Below the pieces are notes generated by a model, which was not told the DNA's origin, searched no databases, and saw nothing but the letters and a program-made list of their open reading frames with translations. Shown here piece by piece: positions 7,798 to 17,167 of a stretch of 40,895 nucleotides of DNA. Both the position numbers and the translations under genes were made by a program. Each line of letters starts with the position of its first letter. The first letter of the stretch is position 1. Origin of the DNA: an uncultured Clostridia bacterium (lineage in GTDB: Bacteria; Bacillota; Limnochordia; DTU080). The stretch spans positions 1 to 40,895 of the forward strand of contig CAYMKM010000002.1 of assembly GCA_964390985.1 (NCBI GenBank), given 5' to 3'.

Positions 7798-9299
7798 TCC
7801 CGAAAAGCCTCCGCTGTGTGCACAGTATGTACCGGATCAGCTATAATTACCTTGATCCATGATTTCCATCGCGGTAGACGCTTGCTATCGCTTCCGCTTA
7901 CATCTAGGTTGACAGGTATGCCTTTTTTATGTAGCACCTCACCTGCTTCCAACGGTGTGCGACCAACAATTGTATCGAGCACCGTAGCTACATCAATGTG
8001 TGGGCCAACCGGATAGCGCAAAGCCACCTTCATATAGTCTTCCTGCACTAATACGTCTGTAATGTACTCTAACCGTGGTGCGCCAATTAATTCTGTATCG
8101 GTTGGTAGGGTGCGACGAGCGTTATCTAAAGCTGCATTAAGCACCTGTGTCAATAATATATACTCCCCTTGAGCTTCAGCGCTGGCACTCGCTATAACAG
8201 CAGCAGCCTCCGCCCCGGATGCTGGTGATACTGTCACTTTTTCATGATCAAACATTACCGAAGAAAGAATGAGGAGCGCATCATCTCCTGCCTTGGCGCT
8301 TAAACTAACTTTACAAGCATCTTGCAGGGCTTGTAAAACTTGTTTCTGCGCTAGGCTAACATCGTTAGCGGTTACCACAGCGCGCATTTGGTCTGCTCCA
8401 TTGCGCGTCGGTTCCGGATTTGTTACTCGCAAACTTGTAGGTCCTTGGGGTAAACGCAGAATACGCCCGGCGGCAACATTGCCCATGCTACCTAACGATA
8501 AAGCTTGTACAGATACTTCAGCTTGCCCAGTTTTTGTACCCACAGGAACTTGCATAAAGTATTCTATAGTAACCGGCGGTACCTGTATAGCTTTGGTTGT
8601 AGAAAAAGTGGTGCCACCATCAGTAGCTACAAGAGTACCTTTTGGCACCGATATCTCCTTTTGGGTTTCGTTAAAAAATATCACTGTTCCGATAGCCGGT
8701 GAAATACCTACTGAGCGTTGACCACTGGAACTCACTTGGCTAGTAGCTGTCACATTGGCGGCAACAGGATGACGAGTCATGGCCTGCATGGGTAATTGAA
8801 CTTCGCTTTCTACATATTGAAGATTAGGCGTAATTGTGACAATTACTCGGGAACTATAAGCAAACGCTAGTAAAATGAGAGCGCCTATGGCAATGGCAGC
8901 TGTGGCCAGGCGTTGCTGCATTAAGAGCCGGTGACGATCAGTTCGAACTCTGCTAATGGATGCCGATGACAACTTGGTAATGGGTAAGGGTTCGGTAACA
9001 TCTCCTGCCGTGGCTAAACCCTCTGGTTGCCAGACCAAATTGATATCACAGTAAACGGGAATGTCAAAATAGCTGGCTAAACGAATAACAGCAGCATCCT
9101 GAGTTACTAAAGCCAGCTCTTTTTGCCCCTCCCGAGCATAAACCAACAACAACCGCAAATTCAAATCGTTACGGAACAAAGTAGGATCTGGTGGTAGCAC
9201 CACCGCCACCCGTTTACCAGCAGCATTTTTAACCCCTGGCAATATACTGGCGATCTCTTCCCCCGGGTCTACATGGTAAAAACTGCGGTCAACTCCCAT
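7794..9299 (-). CDS. Bitopic membrane protein of unknown function. It has a cytoplasmic N-domain, one TM and a large beta-rich extracytoplasmic domain.
   Basis: ATG 9299 follows AAGGAGG with a 6-nt spacer, whereas ORF-track start 9326 has no SD. The single hydrophobic span is 'LATAAIAIGALILLAFAY'. The Thr/Val/Ser-rich segments that follow ('VIVTITPNLQYVESEV', 'AIGTVIFFNETQKEISVPKGTLVATDGGTTFST') recall proteins commonly auto-annotated baseplate J-like. That resemblance is unverified. Confidence 0.6.
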   Translation of the reverse strand: MGVDRSFYHVDPGEEIASILPGVKNAAGKRVAVVLPPDPTLFRNDLNLRLLLVYAREGQKELALVTQDAAVIRLASYFDIPVYCDINLVWQPEGLATAGDVTEPLPITKLSSASISRVRTDRHRLLMQQRLATAAIAIGALILLAFAYSSRVIVTITPNLQYVESEVQLPMQAMTRHPVAANVTATSQVSSSGQRSVGISPAIGTVIFFNETQKEISVPKGTLVATDGGTTFSTTKAIQVPPVTIEYFMQVPVGTKTGQAEVSVQALSLGSMGNVAAGRILRLPQGPTSLRVTNPEPTRNGADQMRAVVTANDVSLAQKQVLQALQDACKVSLSAKAGDDALLILSSVMFDHEKVTVSPASGAEAAAVIASASAEAQGEYILLTQVLNAALDNARRTLPTDTELIGAPRLEYITDVLVQEDYMKVALRYPVGPHIDVATVLDTIVGRTPLEAGEVLHKKGIPVNLDVSGSDSKRLPRWKSWIKVIIADPVHTVHTAEAFRE

Positions 9300-10488
9300 G
9301 CTTGCCCTCCTTTCGCACAGAAGCATAACCCGATAGTACCATACCTTGCGCGGCTAATGCTTTTAAGACCACAAAAAGCGGACCCTGTAGCAGCCCCTCA
9401 TTATCAATAGGTTGGTTAATGGTAGCAGCATCGAGTATACGCAAGTCATATCCTGGTGGCTGTAAAACTTCTGCGCCAGGCAAACAACTACCTCCACCAC
9501 ATAAAAACAGGCGTGGCAAAACAGCCTGATGCCCTTTCAAGTCGTGGAATGCTAAAGTTAAAGCGGCGGCTAACACTTGCCAAACCGTGTTAATAGCACG
9601 TTGTACAGGCGCTACAACACTTCTTTCAAGGGCACCAGCTGCATAATCGAGTTTAACCTCTTCGGCCTCAACCAAATCGCAACGGAGTTCCAGTGCTATT
9701 TGCCTGGTAAAGGTGTACCCTCCTACCCCAATTACCCGTGCCCCGGCCATCCCCTGTTGATCGGCTAATACCACATTTGAGCTACCCGCCCCAATATCAA
9801 TAATAACCGCTCCTGGCTCGTATAACTCCATTGGCAATACACGGGCCGCCAAAGCAACATGAGTGGCTGCTAAATTAGCGTCTGGCCAACCCGCACTGGC
9901 TATTGCACCACGTAGCCCATTACAATAAGCGGACGGTGCATATGAGCGTAACACCGTCACACAAAGGTGACGACCACAAAAATGTGCCGGATCGTTTACC
10001 CGGCAGCCATCTAGCGAAATGCTGGTTAGGACTTCATCTATTAATTCCAACCTAAAATAGGGTAAACCAGTTCGTTGTGTCAGCAAGGTAGCTGCTTGTT
10101 GCTGGGTGCGAGAGGCAGTGGTAGCGGCTAATTTTGCTACTTCAGCAGAAGATAACGGGCGTTCGGGATGACGGCGCGTCATCTCGACAGTTACAAGAAC
10201 GCATTGCACCAAATCACCGCAGGCGCCAGCCATGCATGGCCAACCTGCATCGGGTGATACACCCGCTTGCATAGCTGCCTGACGTATTACACCAGCCACC
10301 GCATTAATATTGCTCACAGCACCGGCAACCATGTTGCCAATCTGCTGCTCCACTTTGCCACAACCAATTATATTACCATCTTGCACAGCGGCGGCTTTCA
10401 CCCACTGCGTGCCTATATCTAAAGCTAAAAAAGGCGCGCTAGCCCCTGCCAAGCTCGCTTTATGCAAATTGGGCTTATCGCTCGCCAT
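9289..10488 (-). CDS. Actin-fold (ASKHA) ATPase, FtsA/PilM/MreB-like
   Basis: Phosphate-1 is 'FLALDIGTQWVKAA', phosphate-2 is 'AVIIDIGAGSSNVVL' and the adenosine motif is 'LFLCGGGSCLPG'. The 3' end overlaps the downstream gene start by 11 nt. Confidence 0.7.
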   Translation of the reverse strand: MASDKPNLHKASLAGASAPFLALDIGTQWVKAAAVQDGNIIGCGKVEQQIGNMVAGAVSNINAVAGVIRQAAMQAGVSPDAGWPCMAGACGDLVQCVLVTVEMTRRHPERPLSSAEVAKLAATTASRTQQQAATLLTQRTGLPYFRLELIDEVLTSISLDGCRVNDPAHFCGRHLCVTVLRSYAPSAYCNGLRGAIASAGWPDANLAATHVALAARVLPMELYEPGAVIIDIGAGSSNVVLADQQGMAGARVIGVGGYTFTRQIALELRCDLVEAEEVKLDYAAGALERSVVAPVQRAINTVWQVLAAALTLAFHDLKGHQAVLPRLFLCGGGSCLPGAEVLQPPGYDLRILDAATINQPIDNEGLLQGPLFVVLKALAAQGMVLSGYASVRKEGKHGS

Positions 10489-10508
10489 TTGCGCAGCGCT
10501 CCTATAAG

Positions 10509-10775
10509 CTAATTACTAGTACCAAACTCAGCCAAGTAAGTGCGAACTAGCTCCTCCAGCAATTCGTTTCGTTCAATCTCCCGAATGAGTTGACGGGCTT
10601 GCTTGTGAGTTGTGATGTAGGTAGGATCGCCAGAAAGGAGATACCCAACAATTTGGCTAGCAGGATCGTACCCTTTTTCCCTTAATGCTGCGTACACTTT
10701 GCGTAATACAGTGCCAGCTTGGTTAATATCATTATCCAAGCGAAATGACATAGTATGGTCAGTCTGTGACCCCAC
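10509..10775 (-). CDS. ireB: IreB-family regulatory phosphoprotein (UPF0297 / YrzL)
   Basis: '[59 protein letters not shown]' is near-colinear with B. subtilis YrzL. GTG start follows a GGGGGTGG SD. Confidence 0.88.
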   Translation of the reverse strand: MGSQTDHTMSFRLDNDINQAGTVLRKVYAALREKGYDPASQIVGYLLSGDPTYITTHKQARQLIREIERNELLEELVRTYLAEFGTSN

Positions 10776-10840
10776 TTCGCCACCCCCTTCGCAGATACCA
10801 CCGTAATTCTGTTGATAACAAATGTTTCCTCCCCAATGAG

Positions 10841-13480
10841 TTAACGACTATTGACAGTCTGCCTTTCCAACTGTTCCACAAATACTTGGCTAAACTTAAC
10901 CATCACTTCGTTTATACCACTGGGGTCTTTCCCACCCGCTTGTGCCATTTGTGGTTTACCACCACCACTGCCATATACGGCTCGTATAATTTTAGCAGCG
11001 TCAATACCACGGTCGACAGCTTCCGGTGAGGCCGTCACCAGCAAATGCACCTTACCATCTGCTACACCAGCTATGGCAAATGCATATGCTCCCAACTGTT
11101 CTTTTAATTTATCAGCGAGGCTAAGTAACCCCGCACGATCTAGGTCGTCAACCGCAGCGGCAAGAATTTTGATGCCATTAACCTCTTGAACCTCGGCAAG
11201 TAGGTCATCTATTTGTGTACCAGCTAGACGAGCTTTTAGCGTCTCTATTTCCCGTTCATACTGCTTTAACTGGGCTTGCAGTTTCTCTATTTGGACGAGT
11301 ATCTCTTTCGGAGTAACCTGCAGACGCATAGCCGCATCAGCTAGTGTTTCTGTTTCATTTTTAATATGATCCCAAGCACGCTGCCCGGTAAGGGCTTCAA
11401 TTCGACGTACCCCTGAAGCAATGCTACCTTCACTCACAATGCGGAAAAGACCAATCTCACCTGTGCTCTCCACATGAGTACCGCCACACAGTTCGCGACT
11501 GACATCGCCAACTGATACCATACGCACTTTGTCACCATATTTTTCGCCAAAAAGAGCCATGGCGCCAGCATTTATAGCTGCGTCATAACTTAACTCTTGG
11601 GCACTTACTGGCAAGTTCCGCCATATTATCTCATTCACACGTCGTTCAATCTCGGCAATATCAGCAGCTGAAACGGCCTCAAAATGGGTGAAATCGAAGC
11701 GAAAGCGATCGGGAGCGACCAGTGAACCAGCCTGATTTGCATGCTCACCAATCACCTCATGTAAGGCTTTGTGCAATATGTGTGTGGCCGTGTGGTTTTG
11801 TTGCGTACCTTGCCGAGCAGTTTTATCCACTAACGCTTCTACACTCTGCCCCACTTGTAAATTACCATCATATGTGCCTTTGTGTACTACTACACCCCGG
11901 TTCGCCCGAAACACCTTTTTAATATGGAAGCGGATATCGCTCCCCTTTATTTCGCCACTATCTGCTACCTGACCGCCACCCTCTGCATAAAATGGCGTCC
12001 GGCTTAGCACGATATCGGCTACTCCTTGACCATTTAGCATACCCACTTGCTCACCATGCGTTAATATAGCTAGTACCTTTGCTTCATCAACTAACCTAGA
12101 GTATCCGGTAAACTCTGTAGCAGGTAAATCGATATCTGAAATACCATCTTGCTCATCGCCCATGTAACCTTGCTCAACCCGGGCAGCACGCGCCCGTTGC
12201 CGTTGAAGCTCCATGGCGGCGGCAAAACCGGCTTTATCGACAGATAAACCGCGATCAGCAGCTATCTCCTGTGTTAGCTCCAATGGGAAACCATAAGTAT
12301 CGTATAAGCGAAAAGCGTCTTCTCCGGTTATACCAACCTTTTTATGTTCAGCCGCTTGCATCACTTTTTCTAATATAGCCATGCCCTGATCTAGTGTTTC
12401 TTGAAAACGCTGCTCCTCAGTTTGCACAACTTTATGAATGTATGCAGACTTAGAAACCAGCTCTGGGTAGCCAGGCTCTAGAAGGGTTATTATTTGATCT
12501 ACCACATCAGATAGAAAACTACCGTGTATACCCAGCAAACGTGCGTGCCTTACCGCTCGCCGCAATAAACGACGTAACACATAGCCACGCCCTTCGTTAC
12601 CGGGTAAGATACCATCGAAAATCATTAAAATGGCACCGCGCATATGATCTGCTACAACTCGCAAACTCACATCAGCACGCTGGTCTTGCCCGTATGTGAA
12701 CCCTGCCCGTTTTGCTATAAAATCTACCACCGGATAGATAGAATCGATTTCAAAAATGCTCTTTTTATTTTGCAACAGAGCCGCAATCCGTTCCAACCCC
12801 ATGCCGGTATCAATACCCGGATGCTCCAAGGGGTGTAACTGCCCTTCTTCATCTTGATGATACTGAACGAACACTAAGTTCCATATTTCCATAAATCGTT
12901 CGCAATCACAGCCTGGTTTACAGTTAGCATCGCCGCAACCGTGCTCAGGCCCTCTATCAATGTGAATCTCAGAACAAGGCCCACAAGGCCCCACACCAAT
13001 ACCCCAAAAGTTATCCTCTTTACCTAAGCGGACAATACGTTCTTTAGGAACCCCTACTTCTTCGTGCCATATGCGAAAAGCATCGTCGTCATCTAGGTAA
13101 ATGGTTATCCATAAGTGCTGTGGATCTACCTCTAGCACTTTCGTGACATATTCCCAAGCCCAGTTGATTGCTTCCTGCTTAAAGTAGTCTCCAAACGAAA
13201 AATTACCGAGCATCTCAAAGAAGGTGCCATGGCGATCTGTAATGCCCACATTTTCTATGTCGGCTGTACGTAGGCAACGCTGGCATGTAGTAATGCGCCG
13301 TGTAGGTGGTTCTTCTCTACCAAGAAAATACGGTTTAAAAGGTACCATGCCTGCAGCGGTGAGCAGCAGCGTTGGATCGTTGTGCGGCACTAATGAAGCA
13401 CTCGGCAAGCACCGATGCTCTTTATTTTGAAAAAAGTGAAGGAATGACTGGCGGAGCTGGTCCACTGTCATGTATCGCAT
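10841..13480 (-). CDS. alaS: Alanine--tRNA ligase
   Basis: 879 aa. '[39 protein letters not shown]', '[14 protein letters not shown]' and the editing-domain 'HTATHILH'/'CGGTHV' match AlaS. GGGAGG SD lies upstream of ATG 13480. Confidence 0.97.
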   Translation of the reverse strand: MRYMTVDQLRQSFLHFFQNKEHRCLPSASLVPHNDPTLLLTAAGMVPFKPYFLGREEPPTRRITTCQRCLRTADIENVGITDRHGTFFEMLGNFSFGDYFKQEAINWAWEYVTKVLEVDPQHLWITIYLDDDDAFRIWHEEVGVPKERIVRLGKEDNFWGIGVGPCGPCSEIHIDRGPEHGCGDANCKPGCDCERFMEIWNLVFVQYHQDEEGQLHPLEHPGIDTGMGLERIAALLQNKKSIFEIDSIYPVVDFIAKRAGFTYGQDQRADVSLRVVADHMRGAILMIFDGILPGNEGRGYVLRRLLRRAVRHARLLGIHGSFLSDVVDQIITLLEPGYPELVSKSAYIHKVVQTEEQRFQETLDQGMAILEKVMQAAEHKKVGITGEDAFRLYDTYGFPLELTQEIAADRGLSVDKAGFAAAMELQRQRARAARVEQGYMGDEQDGISDIDLPATEFTGYSRLVDEAKVLAILTHGEQVGMLNGQGVADIVLSRTPFYAEGGGQVADSGEIKGSDIRFHIKKVFRANRGVVVHKGTYDGNLQVGQSVEALVDKTARQGTQQNHTATHILHKALHEVIGEHANQAGSLVAPDRFRFDFTHFEAVSAADIAEIERRVNEIIWRNLPVSAQELSYDAAINAGAMALFGEKYGDKVRMVSVGDVSRELCGGTHVESTGEIGLFRIVSEGSIASGVRRIEALTGQRAWDHIKNETETLADAAMRLQVTPKEILVQIEKLQAQLKQYEREIETLKARLAGTQIDDLLAEVQEVNGIKILAAAVDDLDRAGLLSLADKLKEQLGAYAFAIAGVADGKVHLLVTASPEAVDRGIDAAKIIRAVYGSGGGKPQMAQAGGKDPSGINEVMVKFSQVFVEQLERQTVNSR

Positions 13481-13519
13481 AGTCTTTGCCTCCCAGGGGC
13501 ACTTTTACATACATTTCTT

Positions 13520-13549
13520 ATCATACCAAGATCAACCAATAACAGTCAA
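13520..13549 (-). promoter_or_regulatory. Sigma-A type promoter for alaS
   Basis: The minus strand reads TTGACT, an 18-nt spacer, then TATGAT, with TGg immediately upstream of the -10 (extended -10). The -35 overlaps the stop codon of the AI-2E transporter gene. It lies about 40 nt upstream of the alaS ATG. Confidence 0.5.
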
Positions 13550-14580
13550 CGCGACCAGTTAGAACTGATTAACTTATCCAATCCATAGTTGGCCAAAACT
13601 TTTATAGCTGCTGTTAATGGCACTGCTACCAGCATTCCCCAGATACCAAGCAACTTCCCGCCAGCTAGAATAGCGAATATCACGGTTAGCGGATGCAACC
13701 CCACATGCCCGCCCACAATTCGCGGTTGCAACACCATGCTTTCTATTTGATTTGCTGCAACAAAAGCCACTATTACCCATAGCGCTGTAACCGGAGACTT
13801 AAGCAAAGCCAGCGCTACAGCTGGTATTGCTCCGATAATCGGTCCAAAGTAGGGAATAATATCAAGCAAACCAGCAAAGGCACCTATTAAAAGTGCGTAA
13901 TCTACCCGCAACAACAACAAAGCAAGGCCAATAAACGATCCAACAAAAATAGAAACAATAATTTGGCCACGTAAAAACCCCGCTATCACCCGATTAACTT
14001 CGCGCAAAACATCTTGTACATCGTGCCGTTTATCGTGAGGAACTAATGATAACAATGTGGTGCGGATTAACTCTTGATCGCGCAGGAGGTAATACGCTAG
14101 AAAAGGAGCAAGAACCAGGTTAAAGGCGCGAGGAAACAAGCCTAGCAAAGAATCCAGAACCCGGGCTGATAAATTTTCTAGTATCATCTCACCCCGATGT
14201 ATAGAGACAGTAATGACCTCTTTAAGTAATTCACTACCAGGTAAGCGGACCAGGTTATTCACCCAATTTAGGGTGGATCGCTCTATTTGTTGAGCCATTA
14301 GTGGCAAATTCAACAACACCGCATTTAGCTCTCGCGTCCATGCGGGGATTAGTCCGTAAATGGTTAAAACCGCCGCAACAACAAATACGGTATAGACTAA
14401 AATAATGGCGAGTGAACGTGGAATTTCTCGCCGTTCAAATGCATTTACCAGTGGGTTAGCTAGGTATGCAAGAGCAGCTGCAAGCAAAAAGGGTGTTAAG
14501 ATATCTCTGACCAAAAACAGGAAAAAAACTATCGTGCCTGCAGCTGCTATTAGTAGATACAGACGTAACCGTCGTGCCAT
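13546..14580 (-). CDS. AI-2E family transporter (PerM/UPF0118)
   Basis: 344 aa and polytopic. 'GLLDIIPYFGPIIGAIPAVALALL' and 'ANQIESMVLQPRIVG' are typical family segments. Confidence 0.85.
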   Translation of the reverse strand: MARRLRLYLLIAAAGTIVFFLFLVRDILTPFLLAAALAYLANPLVNAFERREIPRSLAIILVYTVFVVAAVLTIYGLIPAWTRELNAVLLNLPLMAQQIERSTLNWVNNLVRLPGSELLKEVITVSIHRGEMILENLSARVLDSLLGLFPRAFNLVLAPFLAYYLLRDQELIRTTLLSLVPHDKRHDVQDVLREVNRVIAGFLRGQIIVSIFVGSFIGLALLLLRVDYALLIGAFAGLLDIIPYFGPIIGAIPAVALALLKSPVTALWVIVAFVAANQIESMVLQPRIVGGHVGLHPLTVIFAILAGGKLLGIWGMLVAVPLTAAIKVLANYGLDKLISSNWSR

Positions 14581-14584
14581 AACG

Positions 14585-14800
14585 CTAACGGCGGCTAAAA
14601 GCGCGCACTGTACGCATTGTAGTATCTATCATGGAACGGCCAGCCTTGGTGGCCATACTCATAGCGTAAGGCCGTACCCTTCTGCCCACGCGCCGACCTA
14701 CCCTGGCAACTTGCCGCCCGCGCAGTATCCGTACCGCCCACGAACCTGCTGCTAGGCTTATCAGACCCCAAAACACCCTACCCCGCCATGTCCGAATCAT
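14585..14800 (-). CDS. Small Arg-rich membrane-anchored hypothetical protein (71 aa)
   Basis: The ATG at 14800 shares one nucleotide with the PRC-barrel gene stop (TGATG) and follows a GGGGGTGAGGA SD. Its stop lies 4 nt before the transporter ATG. The protein has one hydrophobic span, 'VFWGLISLAAGSWAV', then 'RVGRRVGRRVR'. I recognise no homolog. Confidence 0.45.
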   Translation of the reverse strand: MIRTWRGRVFWGLISLAAGSWAVRILRGRQVARVGRRVGRRVRPYAMSMATKAGRSMIDTTMRTVRAFSRR

Positions 14801-15309
14801 CAATCCTCACCCCCTCTTGGGGTAGGTTTACCATCAGACTCGTCAATCATGTGGGCGTTGCCGCGTATAGGAGTGAATCGTTTTACCAATTGTCGGGGTA
14901 GGTGCACAGACCCCTCTAACACATCGCGAACTAACCCATCCGATATTTCAAATCCCCATACATTAACCATATCCTTGTGCATCAACACATCGCGGATACG
15001 ACCTAATGTGTTATCACCAGTAGTTACCACCTGATGACCCAGCGGTGAATGCGAACTGCGTAGGCCCTTACCTAGCAGCGGTTCCCTTATTAAACATTTC
15101 TGGTTTTTTATTGTAATATTTTGGCGGCTTATACCAACAATGTCTTTTTGTCGAACAGAATACTGACGACGCAAAATGTTACCGCTCACAACTGCTAAAC
15201 CCACCATTTGCCGCGCCGAATCATCTAACAGCACGTCCCACACTTCGCCTACTCTTTGACCATTAGGAGTGCAAATAGGCATACCAATAAGTTTACGAGC
15301 CCGTTCCAC
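14800..15309 (-). CDS. PRC-barrel domain protein (two PRC-like modules)
   Basis: 'LIGMPICTPNGQRVGEVWDVLLDDSARQMVGLAV' and 'LGHQVVTTGDNTLGRIRDVLMHKD..VWGFEIS' fit the PRC-barrel pattern. GTG start lies 7 nt downstream of AAGGAGG. Confidence 0.7.
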   Translation of the reverse strand: MERARKLIGMPICTPNGQRVGEVWDVLLDDSARQMVGLAVVSGNILRRQYSVRQKDIVGISRQNITIKNQKCLIREPLLGKGLRSSHSPLGHQVVTTGDNTLGRIRDVLMHKDMVNVWGFEISDGLVRDVLEGSVHLPRQLVKRFTPIRGNAHMIDESDGKPTPRGGED

Positions 15310-15327
15310 GCTAACGCCTCCTTGCGT

Positions 15328-16680
15328 TTAGCATTCCCCACCTTCCTTTTCGCCCCATACCGGTGGCTCCCCCCGGCGAATGGCCAATAACCACCGATTA
15401 ATAATCTGCTCGTAACCAAGGTTGCTAGCTTGATAATACTGTGGCAAAGTGAATTGGGGCGGCGCGTAACTCTGCTTTACCCAATGCGCTGCTACACTGT
15501 GCGGATAAACGTATCCCTGACCATGGCCCAAACGCTTGGCACCGCGGCTAGAATCCTTCAAATGATTTGGCACCTCAACATCCCTGCCGCTTTCTATGTC
15601 AGCTAAAGCCTTAAAATAGGCCCCGGTAGAGTTGCTTTTAGGTGCTGTGGCCAAGTACAATGTGGCCATAGCCAAATGATACTGTCCCTCGGGTAAACCA
15701 CACCATTGCAAAGCTTGAGCACAAGCAGAAACTACCACCACACCTTGCGGATCGGCCAACCCAATATCCTCTGCAGCCAGAATGAACAATCGGCGCATAA
15801 TAAAGCGTGCATCTTCACCAGCGTATATCATCTTGGCTAACCAATATAATGCGGCATCCGGATCAGAGCCGCGTACACTTTTAATGAATGCGCTAATAGT
15901 GTCGTAATGCTCATCGGCAGATTTACTGTAAGTTAATGCACGCCGCTGAATAGCTGCTTCTGCTGCAGCCAGATCAATGCGGATAACACCATCTGCTGTC
16001 GGTGGCGCAGTCTCCACAGCCATTTCCAAGGCATTGAGTGCAGTGCGCGCATCGCCTTCAGAAACATTGGCCCAATGCTCAATAGCTGATTTGGTTAACT
16101 CGATTTGTTTATGGCCATATCCTCGCTCTTTATCAGTCACAGCTTGCTGTAAAATTTGCTCAATTTCTGCTGCGGTCAGCCGACGTAACTGTATAATACG
16201 GGAGCGAGAAATTAAAGGTGCGTTCACTTCAAAGAATGGGTTCTCTGTAGTGGCACCAACCAGCGTTATTAAACCATCTTCAACAGCCGGTAATAAAGCA
16301 TCTTGCTGTGCGCGATTAAAGCGATGGATTTCATCGATAAAGACTATAGTGCGCTTCCCATATAAATTACGTTGCTGTGTCGCCTCTTCAATAAGACGAC
16401 GTATATCTGCTACTCCGGCAGTAACGGCGTTGAGCGAGGCAAAATTACGTTGTGTATGGTTAGCAATAATATGAGCTAAAGTGGTCTTCCCGCTGCCAGG
16501 AGGGCCCCATAAAATAAGCGATAATATACGGTCATGCTCAACAGCCCGGCGTAATGGCGTGTTAGGCCCCACAACCTGCTGCTGCCCTATGAATTCATCG
16601 AGATTTCGTGGCCGCATCCGCACAGCTAGCGGTGCATTACGTTCGGCCTCAGCACGGCTAGCGCTAGCAAATAAGTCCAC
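15328..16680 (-). CDS. rarA: Replication-associated recombination protein A (AAA+ ATPase)
   Basis: 'RPRNLDEFIGQQ', Walker A 'LWGPPGSGKTTLA', Walker B 'IVFIDEIHRFN' and the MgsA C-terminal 'HYDTISAFIKSVRGSDPDAALYWLA' match RarA. GTG start follows TAGGAGGTGA. Confidence 0.94.
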   Translation of the reverse strand: MDLFASASRAEAERNAPLAVRMRPRNLDEFIGQQQVVGPNTPLRRAVEHDRILSLILWGPPGSGKTTLAHIIANHTQRNFASLNAVTAGVADIRRLIEEATQQRNLYGKRTIVFIDEIHRFNRAQQDALLPAVEDGLITLVGATTENPFFEVNAPLISRSRIIQLRRLTAAEIEQILQQAVTDKERGYGHKQIELTKSAIEHWANVSEGDARTALNALEMAVETAPPTADGVIRIDLAAAEAAIQRRALTYSKSADEHYDTISAFIKSVRGSDPDAALYWLAKMIYAGEDARFIMRRLFILAAEDIGLADPQGVVVVSACAQALQWCGLPEGQYHLAMATLYLATAPKSNSTGAYFKALADIESGRDVEVPNHLKDSSRGAKRLGHGQGYVYPHSVAAHWVKQSYAPPQFTLPQYYQASNLGYEQIINRWLLAIRRGEPPVWGEKEGGEC

Positions 16681-16800
16681 AGTACAGTCACCTCCTAGTT
16701 TTTCCTAAGAAATAATGCATCTATCTCATTTTAGCAGTTCTATAGCTGATCAAATTGCCATAGCTTCCTATGCATGCACATTGAAAGGAGGTCTGCATTC

Positions 16801-17082
16801 ATGGAAATCACCTTCATGAATCTGCTTATTCTAGCACTAGCAGTGGAGATAGTAACCAACGCTGTGAAAAACTACCTAAAACCAGTGCAAAGCAAGGGCT
16901 ATACCACAATTGCTGCGGCTATTCTCGGTGTGGCTTTATGCTGGGCAGGTAATGTAGGCATATTTAACGCAAATGGCATCGAGTTTATTGGCACCTACCC
17001 CATTGTTGATTATGTTGTCACTGGGTTAATTGTCTCTCGCGTAGCTGGTCTTCTCAACGGTCTCAGCAAAAAATTAGCATAA
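16801..17082 (+). CDS. Small 2-3 TM protein, Hol118-like phage holin family candidate
   Basis: ATG 16801 follows an AAAGGAGG SD. The protein is 93 aa. 'LAVEIVTNAVKNYLKPVQSKGYTTIAAAILGVALCWAG' resembles the Listeria phage A118 holin pattern '..[29 protein letters not shown]'. It is one of only four plus-strand genes. Confidence 0.55.
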   Translation: MEITFMNLLILALAVEIVTNAVKNYLKPVQSKGYTTIAAAILGVALCWAGNVGIFNANGIEFIGTYPIVDYVVTGLIVSRVAGLLNGLSKKLA

Positions 17083-17110
17083 TGACTTTATAACTATTAA
17101 TTACGCTCAC

Positions 17111-17146
17111 AGTAAAGGCAGGCCCAAGCTGGTACCTGCCTTTACT
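17111..17146. terminator. Hairpin between convergent genes, candidate bidirectional terminator
   Basis: It has a perfect 12-bp stem (AGTAAAGGCAGG / CCTGCCTTTACT) with a 12-nt loop. A T-rich tail (TTTAT) follows on the plus strand. It lies between the holin-like stop (17082) and the aspS stop (17168). Confidence 0.6.
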
Positions 17147-17167
17147 TTATCATATACCATTATACTT

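Noticed and set aside
13481-13545. I expected T-box leaders upstream of alaS (and of hisS/aspS at 20266-20324 and 18962-19008).
   Set aside because: The spacers are only about 45-65 nt, far too short for a ~200-nt T-box. No specifier-loop or T-box sequence architecture is visible.
14640-14720. The 'RVGRRVGRRVR' periodicity as a DNA tandem repeat.
   Set aside because: The underlying nucleotides are not an exact tandem repeat. The periodicity exists only at the protein level.
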